Part shown: positions 25,366-34,284 of the stretch, in pieces
Numbering within the stretch: the first letter of the stretch is position 1
How the letters are laid out: every line of letters starts with the position of its first letter
NCBI GenBank assembly: GCA_038212075.1
Contig: JBBQUV010000004.1
Coordinates: forward strand, 12,317 to 76,316
DNA length: 64,000 nt
Reading direction: 5' to 3'
Source of the DNA: Minisyncoccia bacterium
GTDB lineage: Bacteria; Patescibacteriota; Minisyncoccia; Phycocordibacterales; Phycocordibacteraceae
Notes under the pieces: model-generated
The model's input: only the letters and a program-made list of their open reading frames with translations
Databases searched by the model: none
Told to the model about the DNA's origin: nothing
Made by a program: the position numbers and the translations under genes

Positions 25366-26644
25366 ACGTACTCTGAAGGCTCCTGTCGCCGCTCTCCTTG
25401 CCATGCTTGCACATTTTATTGTGCGTAAATATAAACCAACTATTGTGATGGTGACGGGAAGCGTAGGGAAGACATCAACCAAGGATGCGCTTAAGGCCGC
25501 ACTTTCCGAACGATCATTTGTACGTGCAAGTGAAAAAAGCTATAACAGCGAGGTTGGCGTACCGCTCACCATCATTGGCTCTAAAAATCCGTGGACTAAT
25601 CCGTTCTCATGGCTGCGTGTTTTTAAAGAAGCGCTCGCTCTTCTTATCCTTCCAAACCACTATCCTAAAATACTGATTCTTGAAGTGGGCGCTGATCGTC
25701 CCGGTGACCTTGCAAAAATTCTCCATATCGCGCTTCCTCATGCAGTGGTGGTAACGCGTCTTCCTGAAGTGCCGGTGCACGTCGAGGCATACGCTACGCC
25801 AGAGGCTGTGCGTGAAGAAGAATTTGTACCTGCGTATGGGCTTGCGCCAGCGGCACCGCTTGTAGTGAATGCGGAAGACGAATATGCACTTGCGTACGCA
25901 CAACGTCTTCCTGTTGCCATTTCTACATTTGGATTTAAAAAAGGGGCAACGGTAGAGATTTCTCATCCTGAACTTTGGATGGAAGACGGAAACATTGTAG
26001 GAATGCAGGGAACGGTGACCGTTGGTGGGGCGCACGAAACACTGCAAGTACGAGGTGCGCTCGGTCGCACTCAGCTTCTTGCCCCAGCCGCGGCTTTGGC
26101 AACCGCTATTGCACTTGGTTTTTCACTTTCTGAGGCTCTTACCGGTCTTTCTTCATACACACCACCTGCGGGACGTTCTCGTATACTTGCCGGGAAAGAG
26201 GGAAGCATATTGATAGACGATTCATACAATGCTTCGCCCGCGGCGGTTGAAGAAGCACTGCACGCACTGTGTGGCATAAAGGCAAAGCGCCGTATTGCGG
26301 TACTTGGCGACATGCTTGAACTTGGGCGGTATTCGGTACAAGAACACGAACGAGTGGGAACCCTTTCAGCACAGTGTGCCGACGTTCTGGTAACTGTGGG
26401 CATACGCGCTCGAGCTGTTGCGGAAGCGGCACAGAATGCCGGTATGAAAGAAGACGCCGTCCATGTGTGTGAGAATGCTCACACTGCAGGAACGCTCCTC
26501 ACTGAGCTTGTTCATGAGGGTGATATCGTTCTGGTGAAAGGGTCACAGTCGGTGCGCACCGAACGTATTGTAGAGATGCTCTTACGTAATCCAGAAGATA
26601 AGGTAAAACTGGTGCGTCAGGAGCACGAATGGCGCCACCGCTAA
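25349..26644 (+). CDS. murF: UDP-MurNAc-tripeptide--D-Ala-D-Ala ligase
   Basis: VTGSVGKTSTK, DDSYNASP, LGDMLELG, LVKGS. Confidence 0.92.
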   Translation: MIQTTKRTLKAPVAALLAMLAHFIVRKYKPTIVMVTGSVGKTSTKDALKAALSERSFVRASEKSYNSEVGVPLTIIGSKNPWTNPFSWLRVFKEALALLILPNHYPKILILEVGADRPGDLAKILHIALPHAVVVTRLPEVPVHVEAYATPEAVREEEFVPAYGLAPAAPLVVNAEDEYALAYAQRLPVAISTFGFKKGATVEISHPELWMEDGNIVGMQGTVTVGGAHETLQVRGALGRTQLLAPAAALATAIALGFSLSEALTGLSSYTPPAGRSRILAGKEGSILIDDSYNASPAAVEEALHALCGIKAKRRIAVLGDMLELGRYSVQEHERVGTLSAQCADVLVTVGIRARAVAEAAQNAGMKEDAVHVCENAHTAGTLLTELVHEGDIVLVKGSQSVRTERIVEMLLRNPEDKVKLVRQEHEWRHR

Positions 26645-26653
26645 AGCGTTTCT

Positions 26654-27046
26654 TTAGGTTGCTTCGCCTTCTTTTTCAAACGCAAGACACACAGAGTTGA
26701 TGCAGTAGCGTTTTCCACCAGCATTTTTTGGCCCGTCATCAAACACGTGACCAAGGTGGCTGTCGCAGTGTTTACAGAATACCTCGGTACGGTGCATGCC
26801 GTGTGAGTCGTCAGGACGGGTGCCAACATTTTCTGCTACGGCAGGGTCGGTAAACGACGGCCAGCCAGTTCCCGAATCAAACTTTTGCGCAGAAGTGAAG
26901 AGCGTGTTCCCGCACACCTTACAGCGATACATGCCGGATTCGTGATTATCAACATATTCACCAGAAAACGCGGCTTCCGTACCTTTTTCACGCAGTACGG
27001 CATATTCTTCAGGTGTTAATTTTTGCTTCAGTTGTTCTTCATTCAT
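26654..27046 (-). CDS. msrB: Peptide-methionine (R)-S-oxide reductase
   Basis: KFDSGTGWPSF, HLGHVFDDGP, RYCINS, two CxxC. Confidence 0.95.
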   Translation of the reverse strand: MNEEQLKQKLTPEEYAVLREKGTEAAFSGEYVDNHESGMYRCKVCGNTLFTSAQKFDSGTGWPSFTDPAVAENVGTRPDDSHGMHRTEVFCKHCDSHLGHVFDDGPKNAGGKRYCINSVCLAFEKEGEAT

Positions 27047-27119
27047 AGTGATTGGCGGTATAAAATCTACAATACCACACCTGTTTGCAGTCTCATTTTA
27101 ATCGGGATAGGATAGGGCA

Positions 27120-27599
27120 ATGAAAACCTCTACGCTCTCGGCGACGACACTTTTATTGTCGTTTCTCGGGATTGCTGACGCGTGGTACCTCACGCAAAGC
27201 GCTTACTCCGGAGCATCACTTACCTGTGATATCGCAGGGCTTGATGGCTGTAATATTGTTGCCCAAAGTGTCTATTCCCACCTGTTTGGGTTTCCGCTTG
27301 CGCTCTATGGTGTCTTCTTCTATGCCTTTATTTTCGTCCTTTCAGCGGCGACACTCGGAATCCCCGAAGTATCACGTCGATTGGTGCGTCTCGGACTTTT
27401 CCTTTTTGGTCTCATAGGATGTGTTGCTTCTATACTTTTTGTAGCAATTCAATTGCTGCTTATAAAAGCAATTTGTGTGTATTGTTTTGGATCAGCATTT
27501 CTATCAATTCTTATTTTTTGTGCAGTGGTAGTGATTTGGAAACGAGAACGAAACCGTGTGTTTATGGTATCGCCAGACGTGCCATTTGTGGTATCGTAA
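27120..27599 (+). CDS. Vitamin K epoxide reductase family protein (DsbB analogue)
   Basis: Loop Cys pair C..(x7)..C..V..S.YS, CVYC motif, four TM segments. Confidence 0.85.
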   Translation: MKTSTLSATTLLLSFLGIADAWYLTQSAYSGASLTCDIAGLDGCNIVAQSVYSHLFGFPLALYGVFFYAFIFVLSAATLGIPEVSRRLVRLGLFLFGLIGCVASILFVAIQLLLIKAICVYCFGSAFLSILIFCAVVVIWKRERNRVFMVSPDVPFVVS

Positions 27600-27603
27600 T
27601 CCT

Positions 27604-28755
27604 ATGATGCGAGCCGCACTCTACGCTCTCGCCCTTCTCGCGCTTCCGGTTGGGCTGTATGCCGCAACGGTAGAATCCTCGCGGACGCTTATTGTTTCTG
27701 AAATTCCTCAAGGAAACGCGTATCTTGCAGGCGCTGAGCTTACGGTTACTACGCCTATTACCGGTGATCTTTCAGCCGCAGGAGGTTCGGTGGTAGTGTC
27801 GGCACCCGTGGTAGGAGATGTGTTTATTACCGGAGGCACGATTGATTTACGAAAGCCCATTTCCGGTGATGCTCGTGTTGGTGGTGGAAAAATTCTCATT
27901 GAAGACACGGTCGGCGGCGATTTAGTGGCAGTTGGTGGCTCAGTTACTATGCTCTCCACGCCGTCATTTGTATGGGCCGCCGCTGGAACGATAAATCTAG
28001 AGCATGGTTCTAAGGGTCCGGTCACTCTTTTTGCTGGCACCGCATTTCTTTCTGGTGAATTTACGGGAGACGTTACCATCACCGCTTCTGACCGGATTAC
28101 ACTTGAAAAAGGTACGGTTATTCACGGAAAGCTTTTGTATGATGCGCCCGAGCAATTACAAGTGCCTGACGGCGTTGTCGTGGATGGGGGAGTAACCTAT
28201 ACCGGCACGTCATATTTGCCGACAACGGCACAAGCGCAAACCTTTGCTATTGCCGGCGCTGGTGTCTTTTTTCTTGTGCGTATTCTTGCCGCAGTTATCG
28301 GCGCCGGCTTGTTTGCTGGGCTTTTCCCACGGTTTGCACAGGCGGTGGCTGATCGTGCTCTCTCGTTTTCAGTAAAACGTTTCATTTTACTTACCCTGCT
28401 TGGTTTTGGTGCTCTCGTGGCGACACCCGTACTTATTTTGCTTCTTCTTGTATCTTTTGCCGGCGCCGGCATCGCGTTTGTGCTTATTGCCGCCTACATG
28501 CTTCTCATTCTTCTTGCCTACTTTTATGCCGCAGTTATTGCCGGCGCCGCACTTGCTCGCCACATCGTAAAGCGCGAGACGTTCTTTTGGCGCGACGCCG
28601 TCTTCGGTATGCTAGCTCTCTCTGTTGTTTCTTTGATTCCTGTTATCGGATGGTTTGTTTTCATCATTTTGCTTGCCGCCGCCGCTGGCACCATGCTTTC
28701 TTTGTTCTATCGTTTTGCCTATCCGAGAGACACTGACGTACTTGAAATAGAATAA
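27604..28755 (+). CDS. Membrane protein with beta-helix (bactofilin/polymer-forming-like) repeats
   Basis: Signal peptide, repeated V.GD....GG.V units, C-terminal multi-TM region. Confidence 0.65.
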   Translation: MMRAALYALALLALPVGLYAATVESSRTLIVSEIPQGNAYLAGAELTVTTPITGDLSAAGGSVVVSAPVVGDVFITGGTIDLRKPISGDARVGGGKILIEDTVGGDLVAVGGSVTMLSTPSFVWAAAGTINLEHGSKGPVTLFAGTAFLSGEFTGDVTITASDRITLEKGTVIHGKLLYDAPEQLQVPDGVVVDGGVTYTGTSYLPTTAQAQTFAIAGAGVFFLVRILAAVIGAGLFAGLFPRFAQAVADRALSFSVKRFILLTLLGFGALVATPVLILLLLVSFAGAGIAFVLIAAYMLLILLAYFYAAVIAGAALARHIVKRETFFWRDAVFGMLALSVVSLIPVIGWFVFIILLAAAAGTMLSLFYRFAYPRDTDVLEIE

Positions 28756-28756
28756 T

Positions 28757-29230
28757 ATGGCACTTCCTCAGGTTGGCGCACCTGCGCCTGTATTTACGCT
28801 TCACGATCAAGATGGTGTGGAGCACAGTCTTACGGATTACCGCGGAAAGTGGTTGCTCATATATTTTTACCCGCGCGATAACACCGCCGGCTGTGCTACT
28901 GAAGCTAGTGGCATGCGAGACGAGTTTCAGCATTTTGAAAAGATTGGCGCCACGGTTCTTGGTGTCTCAACCGACTCCGTGAAAAGTCATAAAAAGTTTG
29001 CCGATGCCTATAGACTCCCGTTCACGCTTCTTTCGGACGAGCGTAAAGAGATGGTGAATGCATACGGCGTGTGGAGTGAAAAGAAATTTATGGGTCGTGT
29101 GTATTTAGGCACGGTTCGTACTTCGTTTTTGGTGAATCCGGAAGGAACTATTGTAAAAATATACGAAAAGGTAAAACCAAAGATTCATGCCGGTGAAGTT
29201 ATTGCTGACTTACAGCATCTTGTGAAATAA
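28757..29230 (+). CDS. bcp: Thioredoxin-dependent peroxiredoxin BCP (single Cys)
   Basis: YFYPRDNTAGCATEA, GVSTDS, LLSD, RTSFL. Confidence 0.9.
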   Translation: MALPQVGAPAPVFTLHDQDGVEHSLTDYRGKWLLIYFYPRDNTAGCATEASGMRDEFQHFEKIGATVLGVSTDSVKSHKKFADAYRLPFTLLSDERKEMVNAYGVWSEKKFMGRVYLGTVRTSFLVNPEGTIVKIYEKVKPKIHAGEVIADLQHLVK

Positions 29231-29273
29231 CACTAAGCGCGGTAGCGTACGAGCGAACCAAAGGGGGTCGCCT

Positions 29274-29648
29274 ATGCGCCGTATAGAAATCGCCGCTGAA
29301 GCGTTTCTTCACCTCGCCATACAGGAAGGGAAGAAACGTGGCAACGAAATTGCTTTTCTCAAACGACTAACCCACGCTCTTTCAAGTTATGAACTCAAAG
29401 GAAAAAGCTTTCTAAAGCGACACAAAAAAGGTCAGGCGGCGAAGTTTCTGCTTGATAGCATCTTTCCGCTTCTTGAAGCCATGACTTCTGAGGTGTGGAT
29501 GAGGAAGATGGTACTGCATTCGTTTGCCGAAAAAGTGTTCGGCGTCTACATAACCAAGATTGATTCACGGGTTATGGACGATGAGGACGAATTCAGTCTT
29601 GCTCCTCTTGGGGGCAGACTCATACGAAAGGCCGTTTCATCACAATGA
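29274..29648 (+). CDS. Hypothetical protein
   Basis: 124-aa ORF filling the gap, AAGGGGG upstream. Confidence 0.55.
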   Translation: MRRIEIAAEAFLHLAIQEGKKRGNEIAFLKRLTHALSSYELKGKSFLKRHKKGQAAKFLLDSIFPLLEAMTSEVWMRKMVLHSFAEKVFGVYITKIDSRVMDDEDEFSLAPLGGRLIRKAVSSQ

Positions 29649-29677
29649 TGGAACGGCCTTTGTGGTATCCTGCCGCA

Positions 29678-30346
29678 ATGGCTACCGCACGGTTTATAGA
29701 GCGCACGGCGCGCGCAAGGAAACTCGTGGCGTATTTGAAAAAGACATATCCAGCGCCCAAAAGCGAACTTGTTGCGGATACGCCGATGCAGTTTGTTGCG
29801 TCGGTGATGCTTTCGGCACAGTGTACTGATAAAACAGTGAATCGGGTCACTATACCCCTTTGGAAGAAATATAAAACTACAAAAGATTTTGCGCGTGCAA
29901 ATCTTGCAATATTTACCAAAGAGATTTCATCCGTTACGTTTTTTCGCAATAAAGCCAAGGCAATCATTGGAACCGCAAAAGTACTAGAGAAAGAACACAA
30001 CGGGAAGGTGTCAAACACAGAAGCAGAGCTTGTGGCACTCCCCGGCATTGGATACAAGACCGCGCACGTTATTTTGGGTGAACTCTACGGAGTGTGGGAA
30101 GGTATTCCAACCGATACGCACGTGAAGCGTTTTGCAAAACGTTTTGATCTTACGGATAACGAAGATTTAAAAAAGATTTCTAAAGACTTAGAAGCGTTGG
30201 TGTCAAAAAAAGATTGGAAGTACGTAAATAACGGGCTGGTGCTCTACGGACGGTATGTGTGTCCGGCACGTCCACACGAATGTCTCGCGCATCCGCTCAC
30301 CAAACTATGGCCGCAAGCAGTAAAGCGTTGGCCAAAAGTGACCTAG
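29678..30346 (+). CDS. nth: Endonuclease III
   Basis: LSAQCTD, HhH LPGIGYKTA, DTHV. Start chosen 6 nt after TATCCT. Confidence 0.88.
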   Translation: MATARFIERTARARKLVAYLKKTYPAPKSELVADTPMQFVASVMLSAQCTDKTVNRVTIPLWKKYKTTKDFARANLAIFTKEISSVTFFRNKAKAIIGTAKVLEKEHNGKVSNTEAELVALPGIGYKTAHVILGELYGVWEGIPTDTHVKRFAKRFDLTDNEDLKKISKDLEALVSKKDWKYVNNGLVLYGRYVCPARPHECLAHPLTKLWPQAVKRWPKVT

Positions 30347-30347
30347 T

Positions 30348-30932
30348 ATGGACTGGCATCTTATCGTCGCGGTTATTTCAGCGTCTCTCTGTTTTGGTTC
30401 TGTTATTCCCTATGTTCGAGATATTTTGTACGGCACAACACGCCCCAATGCGGTTACGTGGTTTTTGTGGCTTTTTATTCAAGCCATAGCCATTGCCGCT
30501 CAAATACACGCAGGAGCATCGTGGTCGCTTGTGATGGTGATCGCCGATGGAGTAACTATTGGGATTGTATTCGTACTTTCTGTCATTGGATATGGGTATA
30601 CATCATATGACCGCACTGATCTTTTCTGCGGCCTCGTCGGTGTGCTGGCTATCGTGCTGTGGGTAGTTACCGGCAATGCACTCGTCGCACTCGTGCTTTC
30701 TGTTGTTGCCGACGGGTGCGCCGCTTTTCCGACACTCCGAAAGGCGTACAAAGATCCGTGGTCGGAAAATCCGACAGGCTGGGCATTTACCACCGTAGCC
30801 GCACTTTTGGCAATTATCTCTACCACTCGTTTTGATACTGCAAATCTACTTTTCCCTGCGTATTTGGCGGTGGTTAACGGACTCACGTTCGCGTTGGCGT
30901 TTGTGGGTAGAAAAACGCATCCTAAGCCATAG
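30348..30932 (+). CDS. Multi-pass membrane protein (PQ-loop/SWEET-like repeat possible)
   Basis: Two repeats (IPY...G.TRP...TW and FPT..KAY..P..E...W), about 7 TM segments. Confidence 0.6.
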   Translation: MDWHLIVAVISASLCFGSVIPYVRDILYGTTRPNAVTWFLWLFIQAIAIAAQIHAGASWSLVMVIADGVTIGIVFVLSVIGYGYTSYDRTDLFCGLVGVLAIVLWVVTGNALVALVLSVVADGCAAFPTLRKAYKDPWSENPTGWAFTTVAALLAIISTTRFDTANLLFPAYLAVVNGLTFALAFVGRKTHPKP

Positions 30933-30969
30933 GTTTCCCTCCACACTGAAACGGCGGTACCATAGGAGG

Positions 30970-31665
30970 ATGGAGAAGCAGAGACCGGTAGCGGTATTTG
31001 ATATAGACGGAACAGTGTTTCGTTCCTCGCTCACGCTTGAACTTATTGAACGACTTATTGAAAAAGGTACCTTTCCTATAGAAACCCGCGAAGCCTACGA
31101 AGACGAACGGGAGAAGTGGCTTGATAGAAAAGGCGACTATGAAGCATACGTACGTAAGGTGGTTGATATTTTCTGTAAACAAATAAAAGGAGTTCCTTTT
31201 GAAGCGGTGGCAAACGCCGCCGGAGAAGTTATTGAAGAAAAGAAAGATAGAGTGTATCGCTATACGCGTGATCTTATTATGGAATTAAAAAAGAAGGGCT
31301 ATTTTTTGCTCGCGATTTCACACTCACCAAAGTTTATTGTAGACGGATTTGGATTTGAAGCAGGGTTCGACAAGGTGTACGGCTATTTGTTTGAAACCGG
31401 TCCTTCGGGAAATTTCACGGGCAAGGTTGAAGAAGAGGCTTTAATTCAAAATAAGGCGGCGATTTTTCAGCGTGCAGTACGAAAAGAAAATCTCACACTC
31501 GAAGGTTCTGTTGGGGTGGGGGACACAGAAAGTGACATTACCCTTCTTGAGGCAATTGAGTCCCCGATTGCATTCAATCCAAACCAGAAATTGTACGATC
31601 ACGCTCAAAAAAGAAATTGGAGTATTGTCGTTGAACGAAAGGATGTCATCTACGAAATCAAATAA
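30970..31665 (+). CDS. HAD-IB family hydrolase (SerB-like)
   Basis: FDIDGT, ISHS, K, GDTESD motifs. Confidence 0.85.
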   Translation: MEKQRPVAVFDIDGTVFRSSLTLELIERLIEKGTFPIETREAYEDEREKWLDRKGDYEAYVRKVVDIFCKQIKGVPFEAVANAAGEVIEEKKDRVYRYTRDLIMELKKKGYFLLAISHSPKFIVDGFGFEAGFDKVYGYLFETGPSGNFTGKVEEEALIQNKAAIFQRAVRKENLTLEGSVGVGDTESDITLLEAIESPIAFNPNQKLYDHAQKRNWSIVVERKDVIYEIK

Positions 31666-32470
31666 GGTAGTTACCTTTCATAAGGCGGTGTGGAGTTACT
31701 ACCGTACTCATGGACGAAACGCACTTCCTTGGAGAAAAACACGCAACCCCTATCTTATTTTAGTTTCAGAAATCATGCTCCAGCAAACGCAGGTGGAGCG
31801 AGTCGTTCCGTATTACACAAAATTTGTTACAGAATTTCCAAACGTAGAAACCCTTGCACGCGCGCCTTTGGCGCGCGTGCTTACGGTATGGCAAGGCCTT
31901 GGATACAATCGTCGCGCCAAAATGCTTCATGAAGCGGCAAAACAAATAGTAGGTGAGTATCAGGGCACATTTCCAAAACAAATTGAACAGCTTGAATCGC
32001 TTCGTGGCGTTGGACCCTACACTGCGCGCGCTGTCGCCGCCTTTGCGTATAACAACGATGTGATTTTTATTGAAACAAATATCCGCACCGTCGTGATACA
32101 CCATTTTTTCCCAAAGAAAGAAAAAGTGAGTGATGCGGACATTGAGAAGATACTTGTCCGTACTTTTCCAAAAGGAAAAGCACGAGAATGGTATTCGGCA
32201 CTTATGGATTATGGTGCATATTTGAAACGATCTGGCGTCCGGACAAACACGCGCGTAAAGGGGTATGCGAAACAATCAACCTTCAAAGGCTCAGTTCGTG
32301 AAGCGCGCGGCGCAATACTTCGCGCACTCCATAAAAAACCTCAAACCATTACATCTCTTCTATCGCTTCTGGGGGAGGAACGTGTGATTCAAATGCAAAT
32401 GGCGACACAGCGTTTATTGCAGGAAGGATTGCTTCAAAGGTCTCGAGGGCTTTACCATCTTCCGGAGTAA
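31643..32470 (+). CDS. mutY: A/G-specific adenine glycosylase, short form
   Basis: LPWR, SEIMLQQTQV, GLGYNRRA, LRGVGPYTA. Confidence 0.85.
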   Translation: MSSTKSNKVVTFHKAVWSYYRTHGRNALPWRKTRNPYLILVSEIMLQQTQVERVVPYYTKFVTEFPNVETLARAPLARVLTVWQGLGYNRRAKMLHEAAKQIVGEYQGTFPKQIEQLESLRGVGPYTARAVAAFAYNNDVIFIETNIRTVVIHHFFPKKEKVSDADIEKILVRTFPKGKAREWYSALMDYGAYLKRSGVRTNTRVKGYAKQSTFKGSVREARGAILRALHKKPQTITSLLSLLGEERVIQMQMATQRLLQEGLLQRSRGLYHLPE

Positions 32471-33623
32471 TTTCTTTAAGTCCAATGGTTACTGCAACGC
32501 CGCAGAACAGAATAGCGCCGCCCGTGATAATGAAGAGCCAGAAATATCCACCCGTCGCAAGCAAAATACTGCCAATGAGTGGTGCAAAAAGTGCCGCAAG
32601 CGGGCGCATCATACGGAAAAGGCTTACGGTGTCGGTGTCAGACTCTGAAACACGACGGAAAAAGTGGCCTTCAGTCATTGATTCAACCAGCGCCGCGCCA
32701 ACACGGGTCGCAATCAATACGGCAACGACAACAAAAATGAGTGAATTTGACGTAAGTAATCCCACAACGGCAAATGATGCTCCGGTAATAATAAATCCAG
32801 CGACAAGAAGTGCCTTATCACCAAGCCAACGATCTGCCGCGACGCCTGCAGGGTATTCAAGAAGCACAAAAGGAAGCAGCATTGCGGCAAACATCCATCC
32901 AAGTGATGACCAAGGAATATGGAGTGCGTTATGCAAATAGAGCGGGATAAAGAGCGGTGCTAAGTGGTAGAAAAATTGAAGAATCGCGTTTGCAAAAATG
33001 ATGGAATACAAATCACGGCTTTTTTGGATGCACACCCATGTTTTATGAAAGTTTGACGGACGCGGTGGTTTGCCTTCAGGAAATTTTTGAATGGTAAAAA
33101 GCACGATGAATGGTAGAAGCGAAAGTGCGGCGGCAAAAAAGACGCGATAGTACGCGTCAGTGGAATCAAGCAGAAACCCGACCGTAAGGGGTGCAAGAAT
33201 AAGTGCGGCGTTGCCGGCCGTAAGAAATGCGGTGCGCACACGTCCGGTCATAGATTCTTCGCTATGGGCAACTGTCGCTTCAAGCAAAATATCCAGACCG
33301 TAGGCAATAAGGGGGGATATGGCACAGGCAAGTGCCGCAAAGATAATGGCAAGTACGGGGAGCGGGTTCACCGCAAGAAGAACAAGAACAATAGCTTCCG
33401 CAATGCCAAAGAAAAGGGCAAGACGTCGTGGGCCATAGCGGGCAACAAGACGGGATACGGAAGGGAAGATGCTGAGCGTGGCGAGTGCGCCGGCAGAAAT
33501 AACAAGTCCTGTTTCTTCCGCCGGCATAAATGTGGTCAGATACGGTGCCAGAATGAAAATAATGAGGTAGAAATGGGCGACTGAAAAAAAGTTTCCAAAA
33601 GCCAATAAACCACGGGGACGCAT
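32349..33623 (-). CDS. MFS transporter
   Basis: About 12 TM segments, RYGPRR and ADRWLGDK loop motifs. Confidence 0.85.
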   Translation of the reverse strand: MRPRGLLAFGNFFSVAHFYLIIFILAPYLTTFMPAEETGLVISAGALATLSIFPSVSRLVARYGPRRLALFFGIAEAIVLVLLAVNPLPVLAIIFAALACAISPLIAYGLDILLEATVAHSEESMTGRVRTAFLTAGNAALILAPLTVGFLLDSTDAYYRVFFAAALSLLPFIVLFTIQKFPEGKPPRPSNFHKTWVCIQKSRDLYSIIFANAILQFFYHLAPLFIPLYLHNALHIPWSSLGWMFAAMLLPFVLLEYPAGVAADRWLGDKALLVAGFIITGASFAVVGLLTSNSLIFVVVAVLIATRVGAALVESMTEGHFFRRVSESDTDTVSLFRMMRPLAALFAPLIGSILLATGGYFWLFIITGGAILFCGVAVTIGLKEITPEDGKALETFEAILPAINAVSPFAFESHVPPPEAIEEM

Positions 33624-33642
33624 GATGTACGAATTGTAACAT

Positions 33643-33750
33643 CAGAACTCGTTTTCAAAATCTGCTCCCGCAGGAACGCAACCGCCAAAGACTAAACTCC
33701 GGTCTCTCTTTGGCGGTTGCGTGCCAAGCGGATTTTTAAAACGAGTTCTG
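33643..33750. repeat. 108-bp nested palindromic element (REP/MITE-like or structured RNA)
   Basis: Outer arms CAGAACTCGTTTTcAAAATCTGCT / AGCGGATTTTtAAAACGAGTTCTG; inner arms ACGCAACCGCCAAAGA / TCTTTGGCGGTTGCGT. Confidence 0.8.
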
Positions 33751-33751
33751 G

Positions 33752-33791
33752 ATAAAACGAAAGCCGCCCGATTGGAAACGGACGACTTCGT
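33752..33791 (-). terminator. Terminator of orphan 33810-34175
   Basis: Minus strand ACGAAGTCGTCCG...CGGGCGGCTTTCGT followed by a T-run. Confidence 0.55.
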
Positions 33792-33809
33792 CAGTTTCCG
33801 CCGTGGCGG

Positions 33810-34175
33810 CTAAAGGTCTTCGGGGGCAACATAGTCAGTGAAGACGAACTCAACGCCGAAACCAAACCGCTTCAGGCGCTGTTTGAAATCTTCCTTCCTT
33901 GTGGAAAGAAAGTGTTCGCCTCCAAGGACACGGAAGAACGGATCGCGCTCTCCCTTCAGATTGCGCACGTCGTCAGCAGTTGTCGTGATGACCACGTGTT
34001 TGGCATACGGGGCGTCGTTAAAGACTTCCGCCAGCTCTGTACGAATGAGCACCATCGCCTTCTCGAGCACCTCGACATCTTTGACGAGGCCAGTATGGAA
34101 TGGTGACGTGGAGACACTGACGTAGGCTTCTGCCGCTTGTGCGTCAGTCATTCCATGCACTTCAATGTTGGGCAT
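33810..34175 (-). CDS. Hypothetical protein, possible tautomerase/MIF-fold (Pro-1)
   Basis: AAGGAGGT SD places the start at M-P-N-I-E-V-H-G; beta-alpha-beta pattern repeated. Confidence 0.55.
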   Translation of the reverse strand: MPNIEVHGMTDAQAAEAYVSVSTSPFHTGLVKDVEVLEKAMVLIRTELAEVFNDAPYAKHVVITTTADDVRNLKGERDPFFRVLGGEHFLSTRKEDFKQRLKRFGFGVEFVFTDYVAPEDL

Positions 34176-34233
34176 TTCTGCCACCTCCTTGGTAAGAACA
34201 AAGCGTGATTGTTACACATATGTATATAGTAGT

Positions 34234-34271
34234 CAAAAACACCGCCGCCCGTACGGGCGGCGGTGTTTTTG
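34234..34271. terminator. Terminator of rnj (perfect palindrome)
   Basis: CAAAAACACCGCCGCCCGTACGGGCGGCGGTGTTTTTG. Confidence 0.85.
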
Positions 34272-34284
34272 CACGTCAGCGTTA

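Noticed and set aside
33643-33750. SRP RNA or 6S RNA
   Set aside because: Lacks the SRP domain IV CAGG/GNRA/AGCAG motif; shorter than 6S RNA and without its large central bubble
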